From a virus, in the IMG/VR virus record IMGVR_UViG_3300046692_000072, positions 1-64,000 of that record: a stretch of 64,000 nucleotides of DNA; one strand, 5' to 3'. The notes beneath the pieces are model-generated. The model was not told the origin of the DNA and searched no databases. It saw nothing but the letters and a program-made list of their open reading frames with translations. Of this stretch, positions 30,015 to 38,536 are shown piece after piece. Both the position numbers and the translations under genes were made by a program. The first letter of the stretch is position 1. Every line of letters begins with the position of its first letter.

Positions 30015-31082
30015 TTAAGCAACTCTGCCGAGAATTGTTCCAGGAGTAAGGAACTGAATGTAAGCAGCACGATAAGCGTAACCTGCTACACCACCCGCTA
30101 CACCAGCAGAACCAGAGGTGTAGTTACCACTGCTGCCTGAGTTACCCGTGCCACCGGAAGATCCGTATGCTCCACCAGTTCCACCGGTACCGCCTGTGCC
30201 TGCATTGGTTCCACCAGCACTACCAGCAGATCCAGAAGCATTGCTGCCGTCAGCACCCTGACCCCTACCACCGCTACCATATGTACCACCTGAGGTGTAA
30301 GCAGTGGCAGGATAAGTCCTACGGATACCGTAGTAATCTCTAGAGGAACCAGTGGAGCTGTCAGTAGTGTGGAAGCTATCTCTATAATAAGTGTAGATAC
30401 CCGCCGTATAAGAAGTAGCAGTCTTAATGAGACTTGCAGTGACTACACCCCCACCCCAGACGAGTTGAGCAGTACCGCTACCACTGCTTGATGGTGTGGA
30501 CCAATAGTACTCACTACCAGATCTGGCATAGTAAGGGCCTTCAGTAGCAGTGTAACCGTACTGCCCTTGACCACCATTACCACCACGTCCGCCACCCCCA
30601 CCACCGGATCGGATAGTTCCATAATTGTTGATCAGGAGCTTCTTGCCACCAGTATAGGCATAAGTACCTGAATAGAAGGCATCCCCACCAACACCTGAGT
30701 TGGCAGCACCACCATTACCTTGGATGGTTCCGTAGTTATCAAGCGTGAGGGTACCACCCCAAGGAGTGGTCACAGCACCAGACTGGATAGCAATAGCCCA
30801 GGTATTACCCGAACCAGGGGAACACGTTACCCCGGCGTTGATAACAACTCGCTTGTTCTTATTCGCCGTCCAATCAGCAGGATCAAAGAGACTAGACAGA
30901 AGGAACGGACTCGTCTGGTTCGCTGTGATTGTAACAACGATTTCAGACTCATAGACGTTCTTATAAACGCCTGCCACTTTATGATTCAAGCTAATGGCGG
31001 GAACCCATACTCCCGCCTGCTTGAGATACATATTGTCTACAAGCTTATAGATGCCTGCTTCCTTACGATATGTAAAACCCAT
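30015..31082 (-). CDS. glycine-rich receptor-binding adhesin (T-even gp38-like)
   Basis: LDNYGTIQGNGG, INNYGTIRSGGGGGGRGG and repeated polyglycine segments with aromatic-rich loops. Confidence 0.7.
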   Translation of the reverse strand: MGFTYRKEAGIYKLVDNMYLKQAGVWVPAISLNHKVAGVYKNVYESEIVVTITANQTSPFLLSSLFDPADWTANKNKRVVINAGVTCSPGSGNTWAIAIQSGAVTTPWGGTLTLDNYGTIQGNGGAANSGVGGDAFYSGTYAYTGGKKLLINNYGTIRSGGGGGGRGGNGGQGQYGYTATEGPYYARSGSEYYWSTPSSSGSGTAQLVWGGGVVTASLIKTATSYTAGIYTYYRDSFHTTDSSTGSSRDYYGIRRTYPATAYTSGGTYGSGGRGQGADGSNASGSAGSAGGTNAGTGGTGGTGGAYGSSGGTGNSGSSGNYTSGSAGVAGGVAGYAYRAAYIQFLTPGTILGRVA

Positions 31083-31092
31083 AGGTCACCTC

Positions 31093-32682
31093 TTACGAAT
31101 CGTATTGGAAGTAGATGTCACCATTAACACCAGTACCGTTATCTGGAGCAGCAGTACCTGAATAGATATCCGCAGTGGCGATAGTACCAATGTCAGCAGG
31201 TTGAACGGCAGTATCCGCAAGAGATCCCTGTGCACTCGATGCCTTAGCACCAAGAGCGTCAGCAATGGCACCAGCAGCAACCATGTCAGCTTCAGACTTG
31301 TTCGCTACGTTATTGAGACCAACATCAGTCTTATCCAAAGTAACAGCACCTACCTTGCCTGCTACAGAGAACACAGACTCAGTGTTCTTGACCTTATCCC
31401 AACCAGTACCGTTAGAAACGATCCAGTCAGATACAGCCCACTCGTTAATACCAGAGATGTTAGTGGTACCTGCCGTGCCTACTTTATAGTACCAACCTTT
31501 GTTGCTGGCAGAAGCTGAAGGGATAGCAGGCGTGTTCGCCGTAGCATCCCAATCACCCTGATACTGCAAAGTACCCTTGACGCTCGCAGGAAGATTAACA
31601 AGTGGAACCAGGATGGAAGCATCCAAAGGTGCCACACCGTTTGCTACGTTCTTCTGAGAGACAGAGATCTTCGCATCGATAGCAGCTTGGAGACCAGCAA
31701 CCGTGCTGATTGCCTGAGTTCCCGTATGGTTCGCTCGTGCAAGGAGAGTAGCATTGGAGGAGTTGGCAGTTGCACCCGTTGCAATACCAGCAAGCTTGGT
31801 ACGCTCAACGTCAGTGAGAATCTTGGCAACAGAGGTTTCCACCATGTTACCCATGGAGAAAGCGTCACCGTTTTTGCCGGTTGGGTCATAAGTACCAACG
31901 AGCATATCACCGGTACCTGCACCCGCAGCACCACGAACGTTCACGCCATCTGCGATATTCGAGCTGAAACCGGTAGAGGTAACGTAGACATTGATCGCAG
32001 GTTTAGCCCCAGAACCACCCGTCCAGTCTACAATCTTTTGAACCAGAGCAGAACCATTAGCAACAAGTGCAAAGACAGGAGTCCATGCATTGTTACCAGT
32101 TGGGAGCGTGAGATCCAGAACCTGATCTGGGGTAGCACCACTGATGTTAGCAGCAGCAGTTAAACCAGAGGAGACCGTACCAATGGTCAGCGTATTCGAT
32201 GGAGCTCGCGGCATACCAAAGGTAAGACGCTTCAGGTTAGGGTCATACGATACCGTAGGATCCTCACCAGCATTCAGGATGTTACCCAGTACATTGATAC
32301 TGGTAAGCAGGTTATCTCTGATGGTGATGGATTCATTCTTGGCAGCGACCGCAGCAGCAGAGTCAGCAGCAGTTTGAGTTGCTGCATTAACAATGATCTG
32401 CAAGTCATCGTAGATATTGAGAATCTGCTCAACGTTATCAGCAACAGCAGCGACTGCTTCCAGGTTCTCAGCAAGCTGCTCGATAGAGTCGAGCTTGGGA
32501 GCAATAGCAATAATAGCAGCGATGTTATCACCAACTGCCTGCACTGCTTCAATGCCACCCTGAACAGAAACAATGAATGACATGTTCTGGGCAACGTACT
32601 TAACAACATCATACGATGTCATCAGTACTTTCTCTACGATAAGCTCAGGAGTACCTGTAGCGAATGGGGGCAAACCTGCCAT
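31093..32682 (-). CDS. tail fibre protein
   Basis: N4-type N-terminus (YDVVKYVAQNM), ERTKLAGIATGATAN, RANHTGTQAISTVAGLQ, YQGDWDATANTP, SVAGKVGAVTL fibre motifs. Confidence 0.85.
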   Translation of the reverse strand: MAGLPPFATGTPELIVEKVLMTSYDVVKYVAQNMSFIVSVQGGIEAVQAVGDNIAAIIAIAPKLDSIEQLAENLEAVAAVADNVEQILNIYDDLQIIVNAATQTAADSAAAVAAKNESITIRDNLLTSINVLGNILNAGEDPTVSYDPNLKRLTFGMPRAPSNTLTIGTVSSGLTAAANISGATPDQVLDLTLPTGNNAWTPVFALVANGSALVQKIVDWTGGSGAKPAINVYVTSTGFSSNIADGVNVRGAAGAGTGDMLVGTYDPTGKNGDAFSMGNMVETSVAKILTDVERTKLAGIATGATANSSNATLLARANHTGTQAISTVAGLQAAIDAKISVSQKNVANGVAPLDASILVPLVNLPASVKGTLQYQGDWDATANTPAIPSASASNKGWYYKVGTAGTTNISGINEWAVSDWIVSNGTGWDKVKNTESVFSVAGKVGAVTLDKTDVGLNNVANKSEADMVAAGAIADALGAKASSAQGSLADTAVQPADIGTIATADIYSGTAAPDNGTGVNGDIYFQYDS

Positions 32683-33380
32683 TATACGAATCCTCTTTTA
32701 GCGAACTTAGTATCCGAAGTGGAGGCAGTTTGGTTCACCAAGTCTTTGGATTCGATATCCAAGCAAATAGCTTCGTACTCTGCCGTAAGTGTCTGTTGCT
32801 TTAACAGATTATCCTGTCCATTCATACTGCCAATAATGGCACCACCTACCGCAGCAGTGACTGCACCCTCCAGGTAAGCTGGAACCAAAAGGGGAAATTC
32901 ATCCTCTGCATCAGAAGGAATTATCGGATGTCTAGCTTGATACTGTATTGCAAGAGCCTGACCATTCTGAGGATGAGGAACTTGAAGCACGTTTGGTTGA
33001 GGTGTGAAGAGAGACCAGAAGTCCTCGATATCATTAAGAACAAAGGTCGCGCCGAAGTTATTATACACTGCAAGGATCTTCAGTACGTCACCCGTAAAGG
33101 GTTCCTCGAAATCCATAATGTATTTGTGAGTTTCGTCACTCCCGGAAGACTGAGCGAATCTCGTCTCAAGGGGATAGTTTACCCTGCTGGAGTAGGTCTC
33201 GATCAGGACACTCTTTTCATAGAGCACAAACCTAGTAAACACACGAAGCAGAACCTCATTGATGTGTGTGACAACCTGTGCTCGCTTGCCAGTTGGAACA
33301 GTTCCTGCACCGTCATCCCCGATACTGAGATTGGAGAGGTGGCTATGAGAAAGCTTTTTAAACAGTTCACCTAGATTCAT
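32682..33380 (-). CDS. head-tail adaptor (N4 gp67-like)
   Basis: follows terminase; DVLKILAVY, YQARHP, KFAKRGFV; GAGGA RBS before MNLGEL. Confidence 0.8.
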   Translation of the reverse strand: MNLGELFKKLSHSHLSNLSIGDDGAGTVPTGKRAQVVTHINEVLLRVFTRFVLYEKSVLIETYSSRVNYPLETRFAQSSGSDETHKYIMDFEEPFTGDVLKILAVYNNFGATFVLNDIEDFWSLFTPQPNVLQVPHPQNGQALAIQYQARHPIIPSDAEDEFPLLVPAYLEGAVTAAVGGAIIGSMNGQDNLLKQQTLTAEYEAICLDIESKDLVNQTASTSDTKFAKRGFV

Positions 33381-33387
33381 AATGTCC

Positions 33388-34977
33388 TCAAACAATGTAA
33401 GATGAGAGAGGGATGGTCTCTAGATCGACTTCCTCTGGTTCCCAACGATTAGTTTCTTCAGAGTATTTACCAGCATCTTGACTTGGTTTCCATGGGGTAA
33501 GGTATGCTAGCTGAGAAATAGTATCGATGGTGTCATCTTTCCCTTTAATACCATTCATCGTAGCGAGTTTGATTTGTTCCAGGAAAATACCAACAACACG
33601 ACTAGTCCTCCACTCTTCTGGGAAATAGATCTTGCCCATTTTGAACCATGGAACGACAAGGTTAAATCGTGCGAGCTTATTAACAATTGGGTGGATGCCG
33701 GGCTTGCCGGAATCTTTATCGCTGGCAAAGGTAAACCAGATGTTTCTGTTGAGCTGCTCTTGCTGGATCCACTTGATGAATGCTCCCTGCTGACCAGACA
33801 CTTCGATGCCGACCTGCTGTGGGCGGTACTCTTGAACCAGTCGGAACAGATCATTGATAGTCTTATCCATCAACTGCTTCTCGGCAACACCGTCTACCCA
33901 GAACCAATCTCCGTTAGAGTTATAGGCCCAAACGGATATGACACTGAAATCGCTAGTCTGCTTATCCGTGGTGGCGAAGTCAGTGGTGATGTAGAAATTA
34001 AATGCCGAGCGATTCTGAAGAATACCTTGGCGAGAGAACCAGCGAATCTCGCCATCTTGGACGAGACGCTCTTCATCACTGGAGATCCTGAGCATCAGCT
34101 CCTGGTAGAAGGAGGGGAGCTTACCCGTCAGGACTGACTTCTTATACTGTTCATTAATGAACTCATATGAGAAGCGATCCTCCCAAGCTCCTCTAAACTC
34201 TTCCTTTGTGCAGGGGAATGTTTCACATACAGGCCAGACGTTCACGTCCCATGCGCCTGATTCTACCGCTTCAATGATCGGATCCTCTTTATTGAAAGGG
34301 GTACCATTGAAGATGACCTTCCTCCTCGTTGGATCCAGTGCGTAGTCAACCGCCTTGTAGATGGTGGACTTAATCGCCTCCAGCGAGGTAGGGGATCGAG
34401 CATCCTCATCCGAGATCAGGTCATCGAGCACTGCGATAGGAGGACGTTTACCAAAGATCTTGGTACCACGCAGACCTGTCTTGGCACCGAACATCTTGAT
34501 ACCAAACAACTTTCCTTCCTTGTTTTCAAACTGGATATAGTTGTCTGTGAAGTGAGCCTTGGGGATCCATTCCTGAAGGAAATCAGAGTGTTCGTAGCGA
34601 AACTCAATGTTCTTTCTCGCTGCCTTCACACCGTTATCCATCGAGTCGGATACGTAGATCATGGAGTCCACTTCTCCGAAATTCGGTAGATAGGTAAACA
34701 CACCGAGGAATAGGGAAAAGTATTCCATATACAGAGTTGTCTTAGCTGCACCACGGAAACATAGATTAACAATGTCTCTTGAGCTGGAGACTGTCTTATC
34801 CAACATCGCTAGATGCATGACTGGTGTCTTGGAAGATTCCCCTTCCTTACCATTCACCAGCTTAATGAAGTTCATGAACAGAAGAGAGAAGTCAGTTGGT
34901 ACATATGAACCATTGTTTAGGTAATCATAATCAACTTGATTCAACCAGTCATCGATACTTTGCTTCTTATTAATCAT
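33388..34977 (-). CDS. terL: terminase large subunit (N4 gp68)
   Basis: FRGAAKTT Walker A-like, VLDDL Walker B, GTP coupling motif, TTDFA..SDFS nuclease, DDTIDTIS. Confidence 0.93.
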   Translation of the reverse strand: MINKKQSIDDWLNQVDYDYLNNGSYVPTDFSLLFMNFIKLVNGKEGESSKTPVMHLAMLDKTVSSSRDIVNLCFRGAAKTTLYMEYFSLFLGVFTYLPNFGEVDSMIYVSDSMDNGVKAARKNIEFRYEHSDFLQEWIPKAHFTDNYIQFENKEGKLFGIKMFGAKTGLRGTKIFGKRPPIAVLDDLISDEDARSPTSLEAIKSTIYKAVDYALDPTRRKVIFNGTPFNKEDPIIEAVESGAWDVNVWPVCETFPCTKEEFRGAWEDRFSYEFINEQYKKSVLTGKLPSFYQELMLRISSDEERLVQDGEIRWFSRQGILQNRSAFNFYITTDFATTDKQTSDFSVISVWAYNSNGDWFWVDGVAEKQLMDKTINDLFRLVQEYRPQQVGIEVSGQQGAFIKWIQQEQLNRNIWFTFASDKDSGKPGIHPIVNKLARFNLVVPWFKMGKIYFPEEWRTSRVVGIFLEQIKLATMNGIKGKDDTIDTISQLAYLTPWKPSQDAGKYSEETNRWEPEEVDLETIPLSSYIV

Positions 34978-34978
34978 G

Positions 34979-35656
34979 TCAGTTCTTTTCTGGGGTGATA
35001 TCAATGAGCTTAGAGTGGGCAATATCCCTAGCTGAAGAACCACCCATAATCATTTCCTTCTGCTTCTTAGCAAGATCAGCAAGAGTGTTCTTCAATTCGT
35101 TCATACCAGAGTTATCCTCAGTCGAGATCTTAACCTCTAGACCCTTGACCTCTGGTCGCTTCAGGTGCGTCATTAATGAGTCAGCAGCTTCCATCCTTAC
35201 CTTCTCACTCTGAGCATTGATCATGAGATCAGCTTGAACGTTGATAGCTTTCTGAAAGATATCTTGATTCAGGACCCAGGTAGGGATTGCCACAAACTCC
35301 ATGATCTTATTCACGAGTTGGTTCTTGTGATAAGCAGCGACGTAGGCGCTGATATCCTTCTGAGTGGCACCACGAGCTACAAGATTCGCATATCGCTGTG
35401 GGTGAGTCCGTGAGTAGGCTTCCTGGTTGTTATACCCCATAGCCTTATACGACACATACATAACCGCCGATAAGTAGTCGGCAATCTTATACTTTCCGTC
35501 TTTCATGACCGAAGCATACGAGATCACATTATCTCTAAGCGTGTCTGCGAAATCAGGATCCACACCAATGGCATTGAAGTTGTTGACCATCTGCGTGGTT
35601 ACAAGCGTCTTCATTGCAGAGGGCATTGCCTGCTTAAGTTCGTCCTCGGTAATCAA
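34979..35656 (-). CDS. N4 gp69-like protein (probable terminase small subunit)
   Basis: YLSAVMYVSYK, SEKVRMEAADSLMTHLKRPE; upstream of terL. Confidence 0.75.
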   Translation of the reverse strand: MITEDELKQAMPSAMKTLVTTQMVNNFNAIGVDPDFADTLRDNVISYASVMKDGKYKIADYLSAVMYVSYKAMGYNNQEAYSRTHPQRYANLVARGATQKDISAYVAAYHKNQLVNKIMEFVAIPTWVLNQDIFQKAINVQADLMINAQSEKVRMEAADSLMTHLKRPEVKGLEVKISTEDNSGMNELKNTLADLAKKQKEMIMGGSSARDIAHSKLIDITPEKN

Positions 35657-35737
35657 AGTCAGTTCCTTTTTTGGTGTGTAATGTTGGGGGCGGGTGGTTG
35701 GTCACCTGTGCGTAATACGCAACCCGCCCCTGTATCT

Positions 35738-36307
35738 TCAAATGCGCTTGAGGCGATCCTCAAGGATTTCAACATATTCGTTCATGGCGTTCTTCTGTTG
35801 GATGAGCAGTTGCTTGTTCAAACCATCGAGAGCCTTGTACTCGTCACTCAGCATGAAGAACGCGAGCTTGTTAGCTTTTTCGTGGAGCTCATGTACTTCT
35901 GACTTCAGTCGGTCTTGCCAGTTCGTTTCTTGGGGTGGGTCGTTCCGTTGGGAATCCGCCCATGCCTGCTTGAGCATGTAACCCATGGGCACCCACATCT
36001 TATTGAAGGCACGGTCATAGGCGATCTTCTTCCCGATCTCCGCATCGAAGTTCTCAGGGTAAGCGCAAGCACTCGTACCAACGAAGGTGAAACCATTCTT
36101 CGCAGTGATAGTGCAGATGGTCAGAAGCTTGAGATGCTGAGCATCATCAACACATTCATCATCTACACCACCTTCATACGTACCTTCGACACCCTGTCGT
36201 GCAGAGAAGTAATGCACAGACGAGATATTGTCTTGAACTTGCTGAAGAGTGATACGCGGTGCTACCGCCTTGTCCTTCAAGAGTTCTTCTAAAACATTAC
36301 GGTCCAT
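35738..36307 (-). CDS. N4 gp49/Sf6 gp66-family domain fused to a helical crAss001_48-like domain
   Basis: TICTITAKNGFTFVGTSACAYPENFDAEIGKKIAY..A..KMW...GY; C-terminal WQDRL..E..EL..K..KL..F..LL..Q..AM..Y..IL..R. Confidence 0.75.
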   Translation of the reverse strand: MDRNVLEELLKDKAVAPRITLQQVQDNISSVHYFSARQGVEGTYEGGVDDECVDDAQHLKLLTICTITAKNGFTFVGTSACAYPENFDAEIGKKIAYDRAFNKMWVPMGYMLKQAWADSQRNDPPQETNWQDRLKSEVHELHEKANKLAFFMLSDEYKALDGLNKQLLIQQKNAMNEYVEILEDRLKRI

Positions 36308-36330
36308 TAAAAATTATCCTCTGTTATGGA

Positions 36331-36360
36331 CTAGACAAACTACCTTTAGACCAACTATAG
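36331..36360 (+). promoter_or_regulatory. candidate host sigma70 promoter
   Basis: CTAGAC-N18-CTATAG, close to rhizobial consensus CTTGAC-N17-CTATAT. Confidence 0.4.
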
Positions 36361-36375
36361 GTATTTGACTAGATC

Positions 36376-36469
36376 TTAGATGAAGACAGGAACCAAGGAT
36401 CTCATCCTCCCTATCCTTCTTGGGTTATTGGCATTCCTCCCCCGCTGCTAATGTCCTGTCTTCTTCTAA
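36376..36469 (+). ncRNA. candidate sRNA with two CCUCCC (anti-SD) loops
   Basis: 16-bp closing stem with one mismatch enclosing two hairpins whose loops are CTCATCCTCCCT and TTCCTCCCCCGC. Confidence 0.5.
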
Positions 36470-36570
36470 TTTCTTGTCGCCTACCGGTACATCTTCATAT
36501 ATTTATATATGGAAATGGAAGCGGAGGAGCTATATCCGTTTAAAGGAATATAACTCTAAGAGGTACTCTA

Positions 36571-36885
36571 ATGATCAATCTATTCAGAAAGAAACCAGTA
36601 ATCATTGAAGCAGTTCAATGGACTGGCAAGAATGTCCTTGAGATTCACAGCTTCATCCATGGAGCCCCATCGATCCTGAACAATCCTGCTCGTGAGAAGT
36701 GGGATGACTACTCCAAGGATCAGGAAGACAAACCCTGGCATGTTAAGACACTGGAAGATGGAGCCAATGGTGAGGCTATTCACGTAGCTGAGATCAATGA
36801 CTGGATCATCAAAGGTGTTAAGGGAGAGTTCTACCCCTGCAAGCCTGACATTTTCGAAATGACATATGAGGTAATCAATGGGTGA
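36571..36885 (+). CDS. conserved phage protein (KKPV.IEAVQW...DWIIKG..GEFYPCKPDIF family)
   Basis: recognisable widespread phage motif; GAGG RBS. Confidence 0.8.
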   Translation: MINLFRKKPVIIEAVQWTGKNVLEIHSFIHGAPSILNNPAREKWDDYSKDQEDKPWHVKTLEDGANGEAIHVAEINDWIIKGVKGEFYPCKPDIFEMTYEVING

Positions 36886-36890
36886 TAACA

Positions 36891-36920
36891 CTTGACACGA
36901 TCTGATTAGTCAGACAGGAT
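36891..36920 (+). promoter_or_regulatory. candidate sigma70 promoter for the tRNA/ncRNA array
   Basis: perfect (C)TTGACA, 17-nt spacer, weak -10 CAGGAT. Confidence 0.45.
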
Positions 36921-36979
36921 TAAGCCATTCAATGTGGTGTCCTTCTTTAATTGAACCAGTAGGGAAACTTACTGGTTCT

Positions 36980-37113
36980 TCTTTGTGAGCGATGCGTAAA
37001 ACGGAGCAATGATAGAGCGGGAAGATGACTGTCCAGAGTTTACTGGTGTGTACCGCCTTAGCAGTCCGAGTCATAGCCTCTGGTAGGTGGTTAGTATCCA
37101 CCCCTCACAAAGA
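36980..37113 (+). ncRNA. tRNA-like structured RNA
   Basis: 10-bp terminal stem TCTTTGTGAG/CTCACAAAGA adjoining T-arm-like GGTGG-TTAGTAT-CCACC. Confidence 0.45.
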
Positions 37114-37181
37114 CATACTGTCGCTCAGTCGCGGGGCAGGGAAGATGAGCTGATATCTTGCGTATCAGTTACTGGGACTCA

Positions 37182-37258
<77 letters not shown>

Positions 37259-37363
37259 TCTTATCTAATAAACCAGGGATCTGATAATTGCCCTGGTCCT
37301 ATGGTGCATGGTACCCTGACGGCACCCTACCGGAAACGGCTTGCGGTTAATGGGTTCAAGTGT

Positions 37364-37439
37364 TGGGGAGTAGCTCAGTTGGTAGAGTGGGAGACTGTTA
37401 ATCTCCTCGTCGTTGGTTCGAGTCCAACCTCCCCAGCCA
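37364..37439 (+). tRNA. tRNA-Asn(GUU)
   Basis: cloverleaf, GGAGA-CT-GTT-AA-TCTCC, encoded CCA. Confidence 0.95.
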
Positions 37440-37459
37440 ATCATTTACAGGATGTTGAC

Positions 37460-37666
37460 ATGACAGACGATCAGATCCATCACATGGTCAATCGCTTCCT
37501 TCAATGGCGATTGCCTCATACGTTCAACCCCGATGGAGGCATCAGCTTCAAGCGGGAGTTCAATGAACACACTGCCCACCCTATGGTGCATGAACCCTTA
37601 GGTACTAACCTGCTGGATGCAACACAGGCTGAAGAGATGATTCGATTCATCACTGAAGATCTTTAA
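37460..37666 (+). CDS. hypothetical protein (68 aa)
   Basis: AGGA RBS; MVNRFLQWRLP..FNPDGGISF..GTNLLDATQAEEMIRF looks like a conserved small phage protein. Confidence 0.7.
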   Translation: MTDDQIHHMVNRFLQWRLPHTFNPDGGISFKREFNEHTAHPMVHEPLGTNLLDATQAEEMIRFITEDL

Positions 37667-37850
37667 GACTCAGGCTAGCGGAACGGGACTAATCATTTAT
37701 GGTTACCCTCAGAGCCAATCACGGATAACACCGCCATAGTCCGTGGGGTTTGCTTTCCTACCTAAGAAGTGTCGATGACTGCCGACAAAAGGAAAGCACA
37801 GTCTGGAACCAAAGGGAGTGAGACCAATCTATCTCCTGCCTTTGCTTTCA

Positions 37851-37924
37851 TGGGGAATAGCCAAGCGGTACGGCAGGAGTTTTTGGTACTCCCACCCCTG
37901 GTTCGAATCCAGGTTCCCCAACCA
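37851..37924 (+). tRNA. tRNA-Gln(UUG)
   Basis: cloverleaf, GGAGT-TT-TTG-GT-ACTCC, encoded CCA. Confidence 0.92.
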
Positions 37925-37947
37925 GTTTGCAGATCCCGCAAGGGATA

Positions 37948-38061
37948 GGACGTGTAGCCCAAGCACAACGCAAGAGGCAGGGACCATGTGCCCGTCAGTG
38001 TGAGTAGGGGAAGGGGAGATACCCGGGTATCAGATCCAACCGAGTCTCACCATGTCCACCA
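37948..38061 (+). ncRNA. tRNA-Met-derived RNA with 34-nt T-loop insertion
   Basis: 7-bp acceptor GGACGTG/CATGTCC followed by A-CCA; T stem GTGAG/CTCAC around a 41-nt loop; distorted CAT anticodon arm. Confidence 0.65.
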
Positions 38062-38375
38062 ATTAAAGTTTCTCCATAGTATTCTCACGAGTCTGTGGAT
38101 AGAGAGCAAGGTCCATAATCTCCACCCTTGCAAACCTAGGAAAGATGGAATAGCCTAGGTGTATTAATTCTAATTGAACCAACTGCGAGGGGAGTTATGC
38201 CTTTCGCCCCGACAGAGTGGTTGGTTCTTTCTTGGGTCCAGCGGGTATGAGCTTCGCTCCGGTTTTATTTATGAGTGTCCTTCCTTTGCCACCTCATAAG
38301 GTTTTCCCGTCGCCTCTCCGCCCCACGCAATCAGATAGCTAGTGCTGGAAAAGCTTCTGATGATCTTCACGAACC

Positions 38376-38489
38376 AAAAAGAACTGTAGGTAATCCTCTG
38401 AGAAGCTGTGTTAATGGGTGGCGTCCCCAACAGCTACTGACGCTGAGGAATTAGAGTGGGTCAGTTCCACTTGCCTTACAGTTCTTTTT
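38376..38489 (+). ncRNA. structured RNA with long terminal stem and T-arm-like hairpin
   Basis: AAAAAGAACTGTAGGTA/TGCCTTACAGTTCTTTTT; AGTGG-GTCAGTT-CCACT. Confidence 0.5.
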
Positions 38490-38536
38490 CGGGCTAATAC
38501 GCCTTTGCAAATCCCAAAAACCTATAGGAAAATTTT

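Noticed and set aside
30015-32682. Diversity-generating retroelement or invertible cassette at the tail adhesin
   Set aside because: No reverse transcriptase, invertase or template/variable repeat pair seen in the window.
38376-38489. Assignment to a known self-cleaving ribozyme class (twister, hammerhead)
   Set aside because: Conserved catalytic core sequences could not be matched by eye; left as unknown structured RNA.
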